Part shown: positions 9,231 through 19,253 of the stretch, piece after piece
Layout: each line of letters begins with the position of its first letter
How positions within the stretch are numbered: position 1 is the first letter of the stretch
Source: Patescibacteria group bacterium
GTDB lineage: Bacteria > Patescibacteriota > Minisyncoccia > Phycocordibacterales > GCA-2747955
Length of the DNA: 46,701 bases
Assembly (NCBI GenBank): GCA_048538215.1
Contig: JBLYPV010000001.1
Span: 205,495 to 252,195 of the forward strand
Direction: 5' to 3'
Translations under genes and position numbers: made by a program
The notes under the pieces: model-generated
Seen by the model: only the letters and a program-made list of their open reading frames with translations
What the model was told of the DNA's origin: nothing
Database searches by the model: none

Positions 9231-11189
9231 ATGAAAGAAAATAACAAGAAAGATGAATTTGGACTACAGGCACTTTCTGCTAACAGTAAAGCTAAGCCAA
9301 AATATAATGAAAACAAGGAGAGTAATCCTCGCCGAGAGTTTTCACGCAATTCTCAAAACAAAAATCAGCTAAAAACACATCGTCGGCCAAAGCAAGATAC
9401 CCACACCGCGAATACAAGTAAAATTGCTCGCAAGGTAGATAGACGCCCACGCAGAAATGATTCTATGAGCCCGATGATACGAAGAAAGCCAGAGAATATC
9501 CCCGCCATAGAAGAAGGAACCGTACGCTTAATTATGATTGGTGGAGTAGAGGAAGTGGGACGAAATATGTATGCTATAGAAACTTACGAGGACATCTATA
9601 TTTTTGATGTTGGTTTTGAGTTTACCTCGGATGAAGAAGCTCCCGGTATGGATTATTCACTTCCTAATACCGCCTATCTCGAGGAGCACCGACATAAAAT
9701 CAAAGGAATAGTTATCACCCATGCGCATCTCGATCACATTGGTGGTATTCCTTTCTTAATCGAACGTTTGGGTAATCCTCCTATTTATACTCGTAATCTT
9801 ACCGCTCTTATGATCCAAAAGCGGATGGAAGAATTTCCAAATACTCCTCAAATAGATATTCGAGTAGTAGATGATCATTCCCATCACCGTATTGGTAGTA
9901 CTGAATTTTACTTTTTCCCCGTATCACATAGTATTCCTGATTGTATCGCTGCCTCAGTGCGCACTCCTTATGGCAATATTATTATTACTGGTGATATCAA
10001 ACTTGAACATAAAGATGGTGTCCCCGTACCCTATGAAATAGAACACTGGGCACAAGTATGCCAGGAAGACAACCTCCTGCTCGTTTCCGACTCTACCAAC
10101 TGTGAAAATCCAGGCTGGTCACTTCCTGAGCCTGTTATTCACCAAACGGTTGCAAATATTATCACCCAAGCTCCTAGTCGAGTAATCATCGCTGCTTTTG
10201 CTTCCCACTTTAGACGAATGATTGAATTTGTACGCACCGCTGAAAATCTAGGCAAAAAAGTAGTCCTCGAGGGACGCTCTATGAAAGTCAATCTTGAGCT
10301 TGCAAGACTTGCTGGATACTTTGAGCCAAAAGAAGACACAATTATTCCTGCAAGTGATATAAAAGAATATGCGCCAGACCGAATTGTTATCTTGTGTACT
10401 GGTGGTCAAGGAGAGCAATTTGCAGCTTTGCCTCGTATGGCACGAGGCGAGCATCCAGATATCGCTATCAATGAGCGAGATACTGTAGTATTTTCTTCAT
10501 CAGTCATTCCAGGAAATGAAAACCAGGTGCGAGGGCTTATGGACCTCCTATGGAGAAAAGATTGCCGAATTGTACATTACAAAACAGACGATGTGCATTC
10601 TACCGGACACGGAAATCAAGAAGAACTTAAGTGGATTATTAATAAAGTTAATGCCAAGTGGTTTGTCCCTGCTTATGGGTACCACTCTATGCTCAAACAG
10701 CATCGCAAATTAGCACTCGAGGTAGGTGTGGAAAGTGAAAATATTCTTGTCCCTGATGATGGATCTATAATTGAAATAAAATCAAAAGACGACATTCGAA
10801 TACTTGAAGAAAAAGTACCTTCTCAGCCATTGATGGTTGATGGCTTTACTGTATCTGCTATTAATAACACTATTATGGCTGATCGTCAGGCACTGTCTAA
10901 AGATGGTATTTTTGTTGTAGTAGTATCAATCAATGTTCAAAAGAAAGTAATGCAAAAATCACCTGATATTATCTCACGTGGCTTTGTCTACCTACGAGAA
11001 TCTCAAGAATTACTCTCAAGAGCTCGGGGAATGATCCGTAAGATTACCGAAGATGAAATTAAACGCTCCAAGGGTGGCAAGATAGATGTCGATAAACTAA
11101 AAAAGGATTTAGCTCGACAAGTTGAGCGCTATCTAGTGCGTGAAACTAATAAAATTCCCGTGGTGATTCCCGTGGTATTAGTGGTCTAG
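9231..11189 (+). CDS. rnj: ribonuclease J with a basic N-terminal extension
   Basis: Metallo-beta-lactamase HAHLDHIGG motif, beta-CASP region, C-terminal domain. The first 90 aa or so are Lys/Arg/Asn-rich and low complexity. Confidence 0.85.
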   Translation: MKENNKKDEFGLQALSANSKAKPKYNENKESNPRREFSRNSQNKNQLKTHRRPKQDTHTANTSKIARKVDRRPRRNDSMSPMIRRKPENIPAIEEGTVRLIMIGGVEEVGRNMYAIETYEDIYIFDVGFEFTSDEEAPGMDYSLPNTAYLEEHRHKIKGIVITHAHLDHIGGIPFLIERLGNPPIYTRNLTALMIQKRMEEFPNTPQIDIRVVDDHSHHRIGSTEFYFFPVSHSIPDCIAASVRTPYGNIIITGDIKLEHKDGVPVPYEIEHWAQVCQEDNLLLVSDSTNCENPGWSLPEPVIHQTVANIITQAPSRVIIAAFASHFRRMIEFVRTAENLGKKVVLEGRSMKVNLELARLAGYFEPKEDTIIPASDIKEYAPDRIVILCTGGQGEQFAALPRMARGEHPDIAINERDTVVFSSSVIPGNENQVRGLMDLLWRKDCRIVHYKTDDVHSTGHGNQEELKWIINKVNAKWFVPAYGYHSMLKQHRKLALEVGVESENILVPDDGSIIEIKSKDDIRILEEKVPSQPLMVDGFTVSAINNTIMADRQALSKDGIFVVVVSINVQKKVMQKSPDIISRGFVYLRESQELLSRARGMIRKITEDEIKRSKGGKIDVDKLKKDLARQVERYLVRETNKIPVVIPVVLVV

Positions 11190-11315
11190 TAGTTATTAGA
11201 CTAATTCAAATAAAAACTCCCAAACGGGCGAAGTACAAGATACTTACCATTTGTATTTTCAATGATAGCTTTTACTGCAACTCTATGCGTGGGCATACTA
11301 CTATTCATACAACAA

Positions 11316-12341
11316 CTATGCCATAAAGTTTGGCCCTTCTTCAGTATGTGTATTTAAAAAATTAGTGCAAATCTCTTTAATCTCCTTATAATTTGAAGCC
11401 ATCATCAATTTGGCGCGCAATTCCTTGGCTCCCTTAAATCCTTGAATATATACTTTGTAAAATTTTTTCATCAAGTTAAAATTCTTAGTTAAATCACCAT
11501 CAATTGTATATTCTTCCAAAAAATATGTAGTATGCCGAAGAGCTAGCTCAATCCTCTCTTTGACACTTGGGAGCTCGGCTCCCAAGTGGGATGATTGTCT
11601 AAAGGCGGTGATGTCTTGTAATATTCCCCTACCAATCATCACGCCGTCAATCTTGTGCTTGGCGCATAAATGATATGCCTCTTCTCGATTAGATACGTCT
11701 CCATTTGCAATCAAAATGGTATCGGGGCTAATTCTATTACGCAGATCCACAATTTGATCTACTATCTCCCAATGTGCTGGCACTTTTGACATTTCTTTTT
11801 TAGTGCGTAGGTGTATTGTCAGGAGGGGGAGCTTTTGTTTGAGTAAAAATTCAATCCAATCTAAATCAATACTATTAAATCCAAGTCGTGTTTTTACCGA
11901 TACAGGGAGATGAGAAGCTCCTTTTCTTGTAGCTTCTATTATTCGTACTACCCTATCTCTGTGTTCTGCCTTTGATAACTCAGCACCAGATACCTGCTTG
12001 ATAATATTTCGGGCAGGACAACCCATATTGATATCAATCGCATCAAATCCGTGCTCACGACATATTTGTGCCGCCTTCTCGCAATTATCTGCATCTCCAG
12101 AAAAAATTTGTGCCACAATTGGATGTTGATCATCTTCAAAAGAGAGCATACGCTCTAATTTGGCTCTGCCCTCTTTATGTACCAAACCATCCGCTGAGAC
12201 GAATTCATTCCAATATATATCTGGCTTAGCTACCTCACTTATTATTCGACGAAATGGATTGTCGGTGACATCAGCCATAGGCGCAAGCATAATAATCCCT
12301 TGAGGATATTTTTGCTTTTGTTTCTGCCAAAAATTATTCAT
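11316..12341 (-). CDS. dus: tRNA-dihydrouridine synthase
   Basis: LAPMADVTDNPFRR, INMGCP and HLRT motifs of Dus TIM-barrel flavoenzymes. Start placed at the ATG 12339-12341 (MNNFWQ); the ORF-track start at 12374 is a GTG. Confidence 0.85.
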   Translation of the reverse strand: MNNFWQKQKQKYPQGIIMLAPMADVTDNPFRRIISEVAKPDIYWNEFVSADGLVHKEGRAKLERMLSFEDDQHPIVAQIFSGDADNCEKAAQICREHGFDAIDINMGCPARNIIKQVSGAELSKAEHRDRVVRIIEATRKGASHLPVSVKTRLGFNSIDLDWIEFLLKQKLPLLTIHLRTKKEMSKVPAHWEIVDQIVDLRNRISPDTILIANGDVSNREEAYHLCAKHKIDGVMIGRGILQDITAFRQSSHLGAELPSVKERIELALRHTTYFLEEYTIDGDLTKNFNLMKKFYKVYIQGFKGAKELRAKLMMASNYKEIKEICTNFLNTHTEEGPNFMA

Positions 12342-13197
12342 AGAGCAGCGGATAATTAGATTCGCAAGGATCACTTACATAACAATAGATAATTTTTTTA
12401 CCATAACGTAGATTAATATATGCCACATCTTGACTAAACGATGACTTGGTAAAATTATAACCAAACTCTCTATACGGCAATATTTCTCGTAAGACTGCTT
12501 CATAGGTAGCGTAGCTGTCATTAGGATTAATAATTAGCTTGACATCTTCTGGTATGACGATGAGGTACTCAATTGTATTATTAAGTACGATTGTTTTTGG
12601 ATGGATACCTAATGTATGTAAATTTTTTATAAAATAAACTAAAGAAAGGAAATCCTCTTTTGGCAAGATACGATCTCCTAGGGAAGGATTAAAATATTCT
12701 GTATTGAGATAAAATGATATTGGTGATGAGCTTGCTTGTACTTCCACCATATCGAGCAATATACCACCTTCACTTACTCGATATCCCGTGTCTTTAACAT
12801 ACGCTAGATAATTTGTCTGATATTCTTGAATCGATACTTCAAGGATGTCAAAATGGCGGACAGATATCTCTATCGTACTGATACGAGGATAGCGCTTTTG
12901 TAAATGTGCTTTTAAATCACTACGGGAAAAAACAAAATAGCTATCTTGTGGTATGACAATCGATGGTTTGTCCAAGAAAATTTCTATATCTTTTTGAAGT
13001 AACTCCGCATCTAATTCTTTTGTACCTGATATTATTATAGTTTGAATACGAGTATGTGGTAATCTCAAAAGATAGACCAATAGTACTCCAAGTAGTACAA
13101 GTAGCACAAAGAATCCGACTACCTTATATATACGCTTACGCCTCCGTCGTTCGCGTACGCTAAGTCGGCGCGTATGTCGTCTTCCTTTACTTACCAT
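12334..13197 (-). CDS. ftsQ: FtsQ/DivIB-like cell division protein (basic N-terminus, TM helix, POTRA-like region)
   Basis: Arg-rich N-terminus, a single TM helix, then IQTIIISGTKELD (POTRA-like start). TGGTATAAT lies 8 nt upstream of the ATG. Confidence 0.5.
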   Translation of the reverse strand: MVSKGRRHTRRLSVRERRRRKRIYKVVGFFVLLVLLGVLLVYLLRLPHTRIQTIIISGTKELDAELLQKDIEIFLDKPSIVIPQDSYFVFSRSDLKAHLQKRYPRISTIEISVRHFDILEVSIQEYQTNYLAYVKDTGYRVSEGGILLDMVEVQASSSPISFYLNTEYFNPSLGDRILPKEDFLSLVYFIKNLHTLGIHPKTIVLNNTIEYLIVIPEDVKLIINPNDSYATYEAVLREILPYREFGYNFTKSSFSQDVAYINLRYGKKIIYCYVSDPCESNYPLLYE

Positions 13198-13244
13198 ATC
13201 AAAGCATTATACCAGATTCCTCTCCCAACTTAGGGACCCGGTCC

Positions 13245-14507
13245 CTAAGTGATGATCTCTTGTCCACCCATATATGGGCGTAGTACCTCAGGGATCGTCA
13301 CACTTCCATCTCTGTTTTGATAATTCTCAACTAGAGAAACTAAGATGCGAGGAGTCGGAATAGCAGTGGAGTTAAGTGTATATACGAATGAAGTGGCCCC
13401 CTCTTTATCTTTGTATCTGATGTTAAATCGACGAGCTTGAAAATCATAAAAAGCACTTGCAGATGAAATTTCACGATAGCTTTGTTCACCTGGTACCCAT
13501 AATTCAATATCATATTTTTTGACTTGTCCTTGTCCGAGATCTCCTCCACAATTAAGTACCGTGTGGTATGGAATGCCTAGCGATTCAATAAATTCCTCCG
13601 TATTGTGATTTATCCATTCGTGATACTTTTCTGATTCTTCTTTATCATTTGAGCATAATATTACCTGTTCAACTTTATAAAATTCATGAACTCGAATTAG
13701 TCCTTTTGTATCCTTTCCATAACTTCCAGCCTCACGTCTAAAACAAGGGCTAAATCCAAGATATTTTTTAGGTAATTCGTCTGCCTGTAATATTTCACCT
13801 GAATGAAACCCAGTAAGAGGTATTTCTGCAGTACCAATTAGGTAATCATTATCTTGAGTATTATATACATCTTCTGCATCATTTGGTAAATGCCCTGTGC
13901 CATATAAATTTTCCTCACGGACGATTACTGGAGGAAGCATTGGTATAAACCCTTTTTTAAGAAAAAAATCTTGTGCGTAATTCCAAATTGCCCACGAAAG
14001 ACGTGCTCCATCCCCTACGAGATAATACCCACGAAATCCATGCACCTTAGCCCCCCGCTCGAAATCCACCATTCCTAAAGTGGTCATAATATCAATGTGT
14101 GATTTTGGAACGAAATCAAAATTTGGCTTCTCCCCCCACGCTTTTATTTCTAAATTATCTTTATCGCTTGCTCCTTCTGGCACTTCTGGAGCTGGCACTT
14201 GGGGTACTTGCAACATAAGCATATCCCATTCTACCTGTATTGGCTTGAGTTTTTCTTGTATTTTATGTATCTCATCTTTCAAGCTTGATACGTCGTCAAT
14301 CATTTGTTGTTTTTTTTCTCCTTGAGCTTGGGCAATTTGAACAGAGGCTTCATTTTGCTTAGCACGAAGCTCATCAATCTTTTGATTAAGCTCCTTACGC
14401 TCACCATCTACTTGAAGAAGACGATCGATGTCACAGCTATGATGTTTTTTTTCGCACGCTGCTTTTATCTCCAAAGGGTGTTCGCGGATAAATTTTATAT
14501 CTAACAT
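13245..14507 (-). CDS. serS: seryl-tRNA synthetase
   Basis: N-terminal coiled-coil arm and class II motifs (FRREAGS, GTAIPTPR-like TLNSTAIPTPRILV). Confidence 0.95.
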   Translation of the reverse strand: MLDIKFIREHPLEIKAACEKKHHSCDIDRLLQVDGERKELNQKIDELRAKQNEASVQIAQAQGEKKQQMIDDVSSLKDEIHKIQEKLKPIQVEWDMLMLQVPQVPAPEVPEGASDKDNLEIKAWGEKPNFDFVPKSHIDIMTTLGMVDFERGAKVHGFRGYYLVGDGARLSWAIWNYAQDFFLKKGFIPMLPPVIVREENLYGTGHLPNDAEDVYNTQDNDYLIGTAEIPLTGFHSGEILQADELPKKYLGFSPCFRREAGSYGKDTKGLIRVHEFYKVEQVILCSNDKEESEKYHEWINHNTEEFIESLGIPYHTVLNCGGDLGQGQVKKYDIELWVPGEQSYREISSASAFYDFQARRFNIRYKDKEGATSFVYTLNSTAIPTPRILVSLVENYQNRDGSVTIPEVLRPYMGGQEIIT

Positions 14508-14534
14508 ATTCTTTTTATTTATTCTGTAATTTGC

Positions 14535-15407
14535 CTACTTTGACTTGCTTTTTGTAGAGCGTGTATTGCAGACATGAATTTCGCGATGAGGATATGGAAT
14601 AGAGATACCAGACTTGCTAAAACGATCTTTGATATTTTCTAAAAACCAGTATTTCATAGAGAGATAATCATCCGTGCGTACCCAAAAACGTACTTGTATA
14701 TCCACCGAGTATTCACCAAGATTACTGACTCCCATCGTTGGCTCTGGATTAGTAATAACCTTATCATTCTCTTGTAGCAATTTTAAGATTAGCTCTTGTG
14801 CTTTTTGGACATCGCTATCATAGCTGATACCAATGATAATATCTTCGCGTCGTTTTTTGGCATAGGTGTAATTAACCATTACATCATTTGCTAAATTGCC
14901 ATTAGGGAGGACTACCTTCTTATTATCCGCTGTAAAAAGAATGGTATTAAATATTTCTATTTTCTTTACCGTACCTGATTGCCCCTGTGCTTCTATAAAA
15001 TCACCAACTCGAAATGGCTTAAAAACAAGAATGAGCACCCCACCTGCAAAATTAGAGAGAGACCCTTGCAACGCCAATCCCACTGCCAATGACATTGCTC
15101 CGAGTACTGCAATAAGTGAGCTCGTCTTTACTCCGAGCATAGATACGACAACTACTACAAGAACAATCTTGAGAGCAATGCCAATAAAGCTTTCAAGGAA
15201 TGTTTCTACTGCTGGATCGAAATCATGTCGCTTAAAAAAGAAATGGACATAGCGTTTAAACCACCCTATGATTATCCACCCTATCACTAAGACGGCCAGA
15301 GCTCCTGCTATTGTAGGGGTAATTGAATATAGCCACTCTACTACTCTTTCTAAAATAGTTTGAACTTCACTTGAGATTACATTTGCTGATATTGTGTCGG
15401 TAGGCAT
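14535..15407 (-). CDS. MscS-family mechanosensitive channel
   Basis: TM helices followed by PFRVGDFIE...GTVKKIEIFNTIL, the MscS beta-domain signature. Confidence 0.8.
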   Translation of the reverse strand: MPTDTISANVISSEVQTILERVVEWLYSITPTIAGALAVLVIGWIIIGWFKRYVHFFFKRHDFDPAVETFLESFIGIALKIVLVVVVVSMLGVKTSSLIAVLGAMSLAVGLALQGSLSNFAGGVLILVFKPFRVGDFIEAQGQSGTVKKIEIFNTILFTADNKKVVLPNGNLANDVMVNYTYAKKRREDIIIGISYDSDVQKAQELILKLLQENDKVITNPEPTMGVSNLGEYSVDIQVRFWVRTDDYLSMKYWFLENIKDRFSKSGISIPYPHREIHVCNTRSTKSKSK

Positions 15408-15497
15408 AGATATTATTTAAAAATAAATGAATAACACTATTATAGCAAATCATAGAATGGATTAAAGGAACAATAAATAATTTATTTAACAATATAA

Positions 15498-15550
15498 AAC
15501 ACCTATTCTAAGGTGTTCGTATGTGTAGCACGACTTCCGTCGTGCTACAC
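15498..15550 (-). terminator. tandem hairpins downstream of the orphan ORF
   Basis: gtgtagcacgac-ttcc-gtcgtgctacac (12-bp perfect stem, 15523-15550) followed on the minus strand by aacacct-N6-aggtgtt (15498-15517) and a U-rich tract. Confidence 0.65.
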
Positions 15551-15557
15551 AACAGAT

Positions 15558-16031
15558 TTATTTCCGAGGGACATCATCGAGCATTCCTCGAAAGCTCGCC
15601 ACAATAAAGTTTGAGGCGCGACATCTCGATTTTTTTGATAGAACGATCGTAAATCTCGTCATTCCAGGAATGTGAGTCGGATCGCCGACTCTTCCTTGGA
15701 GAATGCGTGATTGCGAATTTTCGCTATATTTCAAAATGTGCATCTCTGTACGTTTTAAATGGTGTTTTTTCGATTCTCGATAGACCGTTCGTGCAAAACG
15801 ATACGCTGAACGGTATACCATTTCAATCATTTCTTTACTAACGGGATTACGAATACTCCTCAGAGCAGCCTCTGCATCAACATACTCTCTCACCGTATCC
15901 ATGGTGGGAGGATTCATAATAAATGTCTGCTTTGCCTCCTGAAGGCATTGCACAACGTCCTGTGGTACTTCAAGCGCAGATACCGAATTTGTATGCATGA
16001 TGAGAATTGCAACAATAATATAACGAAGCAT
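15558..16031 (-). CDS. hypothetical secreted protein (signal peptide)
   Basis: MLRYIIVAILIMHTNSVSALE is signal-peptide-like. GGAGGT lies 8 nt upstream of the ATG at 16029-16031. The ORF track extends to 16067, but a TGTCATTAT box abuts that ATG. Confidence 0.5.
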   Translation of the reverse strand: MLRYIIVAILIMHTNSVSALEVPQDVVQCLQEAKQTFIMNPPTMDTVREYVDAEAALRSIRNPVSKEMIEMVYRSAYRFARTVYRESKKHHLKRTEMHILKYSENSQSRILQGRVGDPTHIPGMTRFTIVLSKKSRCRASNFIVASFRGMLDDVPRK

Positions 16032-16127
16032 AATGCTTACCTCCACAATTGATTTACATTTATCCATATAATGACACTTTGTGCCAAAAAGTCAATACTC
16101 CTTTACCGCCACATCTCCTACAATAAG

Positions 16128-16200
16128 TGGACCTAAGCGGATTCGAACCGCTGACCTCTCGCATGCCATGCGAGCGCTCTACCAGCTGAGCTATAGGCCC
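16128..16200 (-). tRNA. tRNA-Ala (anticodon GGC)
   Basis: Hand-folded cloverleaf GGGCCTA/TA/GCTC-AGCTGGTA-GAGC/G/CTCGC-ATGGCAT-GCGAG/AGGTC/AGCGG-TTCGAAT-CCGCT/TAGGTCC/A. G3:U70 identity pair present. CCA not encoded. Confidence 0.95.
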
Positions 16201-16336
16201 TACTTTGGTATTCAGATACCAAACACAAACACTATACCGAATCCCTCACAACACCAAAGAAGATGAGACAGAGCCGATATAATGTATGCCATTATAGCAA
16301 ATATGAGGTGCTTGCAAACTCTCACTATGCTCCTAC

Positions 16337-17212
16337 TCACACCCTACTTATCCGCCCTAATTCCTCTTTGATATAACCTTTAATTTCTAAAAGGGGCAAG
16401 AGCCGTGCTAAGTCATGAGCTTCAATTATCAATTTGCGTGCTAGTTCATCTCGAGATAGTGGCTCTATTAATGCCTGTAAAATCAGCTTCTCATCTTCAC
16501 CTACATCATCGCGTAGCTCTCGTACTTGTTCTATTTTTGTAATTCCTAAAAGCTCTAGTAGATCATCCGCAGAAGTGATCGGGTGAGCCCCTTGCTTAAG
16601 CAAGATATTAGATCCACGAGCAGTTTCGCTCATAATACTGGCAGGAATCACTCCCACATCTACGCCGTACTCAGCTGCATTTCGTGCGGTAATAAGTGTG
16701 CCTGATTGCTCACTCGCTTCTACTACCAACACTACATCAGCTAATCGTGCCATCAATCGATTTCTTTTAGGGAATGTCCAGCGTGCTGCCTTTGTATCTG
16801 AAGTAAATTCAGAAAGTAATGCCCCACCTGATTTGATAATACTAGAAGCAAGATTTTGATTACTTGCAGGGTATAGTACGCTACTACTCAAGCCTGAGCC
16901 AGGTATTGCTATAGTAGCTAATCCATACTTAAGTGCCAATGTGTGAGCCAGAGCATCAATACCAAAAGCTAATCCGGAAATAATACATAGAGATTGCCCC
17001 CGCAATTCGGCAATAATATACTCGAGTGCTTCTCGTGCATAGGCACTATGGGTGCGAGAGCCAACAATAGTGATGTATCGGTACTCATCTCGAGCAGGTA
17101 ATTTCCCACGCACATACATATCCTGCGGACAATCTGAAAGCTCTAAGAGTGGAGATAAACAGCCATCTTTATACTGGGCACTACTAACTCTTAGAATATC
17201 ATTACTTTCCAT
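16337..17212 (-). CDS. dprA: DNA-processing protein DprA
   Basis: Rossmann-like core IVGSR...GLAFGIDALAH...GSGL...PKRNRLMA...VVVEA..SGTLITA. Ends with TGA. Confidence 0.85.
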   Translation of the reverse strand: MESNDILRVSSAQYKDGCLSPLLELSDCPQDMYVRGKLPARDEYRYITIVGSRTHSAYAREALEYIIAELRGQSLCIISGLAFGIDALAHTLALKYGLATIAIPGSGLSSSVLYPASNQNLASSIIKSGGALLSEFTSDTKAARWTFPKRNRLMARLADVVLVVEASEQSGTLITARNAAEYGVDVGVIPASIMSETARGSNILLKQGAHPITSADDLLELLGITKIEQVRELRDDVGEDEKLILQALIEPLSRDELARKLIIEAHDLARLLPLLEIKGYIKEELGRISRV

Positions 17213-17250
17213 TTCTGTACTATACCCTGTGTATTGGCCCTGCTCAATTC

Positions 17251-18948
17251 CTAGTTATGCACGGGAAAATATTGATCCATTTCTTGCTCATTCATCCATC
17301 TCAATAAATTTGTCATTACCCGAGATACAGAAAATCTATATCCAGGTGGTCCGCGCTCAGTCATTACCACAAAAGCATACTGTGGATCCTTGTATGGCCA
17401 AAATCCAATAGCCCAGCTATTTACCTCATTTCGACTGACGCCTCGCTCTGCAGTACCTGATTTTGATGCTACTTCTACAAATGGCAGATTTAATGATTGG
17501 GTAGTCCCCCGCAAAACTGTCTGTCGCATTGCATCACGAACAACCTGTAAATCCTTTTCACTTATTTGAATATTCCGACGAAGCTCTCGAGGCTCGGTAA
17601 GCTCCAGCTTTGGCACAAGAACATCACCGCCATTTGCTATTGCCGCCGTAGCTACTACTGCCTGGAGAGGAGTCGCTAAAAAGCTATACTGTCCAATAGC
17701 AGTATAATAAGTATCACCCAAAAGCCATGCTTCTCCGAAGGTCTGCTTTTTCCATTCTGGTGATGGTACATTCCCACTGAGTTCATTAAATTCAGCTATG
17801 CCTGTCTCTTCTCCAAATCCAAAACGAGAAAGATAATCTACCATCCCCTTGATGCCCAGCCCTGTATGGGGAGCGTAGCCACCACCAAAAGTCATAAAAT
17901 AAATATTGCTTGATAAGGCAATTGCATCATACATATTTACCGAGCCATTGTTTCGTGCATCACGAAATATTGTATAGCCACCCCCATACTTATTTGCTAC
18001 TTTAAGAATGCCATTTGTAAACAGCTTGTAATGAGGGTCTACTAAATCCTTATCTAAAATACCACTTGCAATAAATACTTTAATAATAGACCCTGGCGCA
18101 AAAGATCCTCCTGTTACACGATTGAGAAAAGGTAAGCGAGTATTAGTATTGTATTCTGCAATTTGCGCTCTATCATTACCGTCTGCAAGTATATTACTAT
18201 CATATTCAGGCACACTCGTCATAGCTATAATATGACCATTACGGACATTCATAATTACTCCCGCACCACCTACAAAGCCCTGACTTTGTATATATTCCTC
18301 AAGCATCTCATATAGCTTTGATTGTATATTACTATCAATTGATAGGTATACATTCTCCCCCGGTACAGGCTCTCTAATGGCGTAGGAAGAAACAGTTTCA
18401 CCAAGTGCATTCACCTCTCGTATTCGGCGCCCACTCGTGCCATTTAAACGACCATTATATGCATATTCAATTCCAGATATTCCCTTATATTCAGTGGAAA
18501 AATAATTACCAGCACTATCTTTACCAGGATAAGATACATAGCCAAGCAAATGAGCCAGGCCTGGATTTTGGTAGTATCTTCGTAATGAGAAATCTTTTTC
18601 TTCAGAAAATTCATTCCAAGCTAGTTCTAATTTATTACGATCATATACTATCCCTCGCTTATTAAAAATTACTTCACTTGCGAGCCGATTATTTTGTGAC
18701 ACATCACGATAGTAAGCTCCTTGAGCAATTTGTAAATATCCTAAACGAAATACAAAAATAATCAGTATCAAAATAAGTACAATAATCAGAGCCACAAAAG
18801 CTTCTCGAGCAATTGACCGCTCTAGTATCCCCTCCATTTGAGAACGATCAAACTCAGGAAGATTCATACTATCCATTACTATATTTTCATACTCGAGCTC
18901 GTCATTTTTACTTGAGCGTCGTAATAATCGGCGAATTTTTCTAAGCAT
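17251..18948 (-). CDS. mrdA: penicillin-binding protein 2 (elongation-type D,D-transpeptidase)
   Basis: N-terminal TM helix, dimerisation domain, transpeptidase motifs SxxK (GSIIK), SSN, KSGT. Start placed at MLRKIRR (ATG 18946-18948), overlapping the upstream ORF by 8 nt. Confidence 0.8.
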   Translation of the reverse strand: MLRKIRRLLRRSSKNDELEYENIVMDSMNLPEFDRSQMEGILERSIAREAFVALIIVLILILIIFVFRLGYLQIAQGAYYRDVSQNNRLASEVIFNKRGIVYDRNKLELAWNEFSEEKDFSLRRYYQNPGLAHLLGYVSYPGKDSAGNYFSTEYKGISGIEYAYNGRLNGTSGRRIREVNALGETVSSYAIREPVPGENVYLSIDSNIQSKLYEMLEEYIQSQGFVGGAGVIMNVRNGHIIAMTSVPEYDSNILADGNDRAQIAEYNTNTRLPFLNRVTGGSFAPGSIIKVFIASGILDKDLVDPHYKLFTNGILKVANKYGGGYTIFRDARNNGSVNMYDAIALSSNIYFMTFGGGYAPHTGLGIKGMVDYLSRFGFGEETGIAEFNELSGNVPSPEWKKQTFGEAWLLGDTYYTAIGQYSFLATPLQAVVATAAIANGGDVLVPKLELTEPRELRRNIQISEKDLQVVRDAMRQTVLRGTTQSLNLPFVEVASKSGTAERGVSRNEVNSWAIGFWPYKDPQYAFVVMTERGPPGYRFSVSRVMTNLLRWMNEQEMDQYFPVHN

Positions 18949-19192
18949 AATATCTAAGATATGGTTTGAGAATATAAGTAGCAAAAAGGCAAAGTATCGC
19001 GTAACTTGTATACCATAAATACACATCCGTCCCTCCCCCAAATACAAGGTCTAAAATAATTGCCCATAGTATCCCTTCAAAATAGAAATCATAGTAAAAA
19101 AAACCAGCGAGCAAAAAAAGTACAACGCTTTGCCAAGGCATAAAGACGATAGCGAATAAAACGGCACTATTGAATGCTATACGCATAATCAT
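18941..19192 (-). CDS. small polytopic membrane protein, possibly MreD-like
   Basis: 83 aa, about 3 TM helices, immediately upstream of PBP2 and overlapping it, which is where mreD usually sits. No diagnostic motif. TGTTATAAT lies 8 nt upstream. Confidence 0.35.
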   Translation of the reverse strand: MIMRIAFNSAVLFAIVFMPWQSVVLFLLAGFFYYDFYFEGILWAIILDLVFGGGTDVYLWYTSYAILCLFATYILKPYLRYYA

Positions 19193-19253
19193 ACCGAACT
19201 ATTATAACAAATTAAAAGACAGCCATAATGACTGCCATTTTAATTTGTATAAT

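Noticed and set aside
15558-16031. Compositional (GC) anomaly of the orphan ORF next to tRNA-Ala as evidence for horizontal transfer
   Set aside because: A hand count gives about 43 % GC, which is not clearly different from neighbouring core genes (roughly 35-42 % in sampled stretches). Composition is therefore not used as evidence.
16081-16266. 61-aa plus-strand ORF starting with GTG
   Set aside because: It is antisense to tRNA-Ala (16128-16200) and covers the whole gene. The tRNA cloverleaf explains the sequence.
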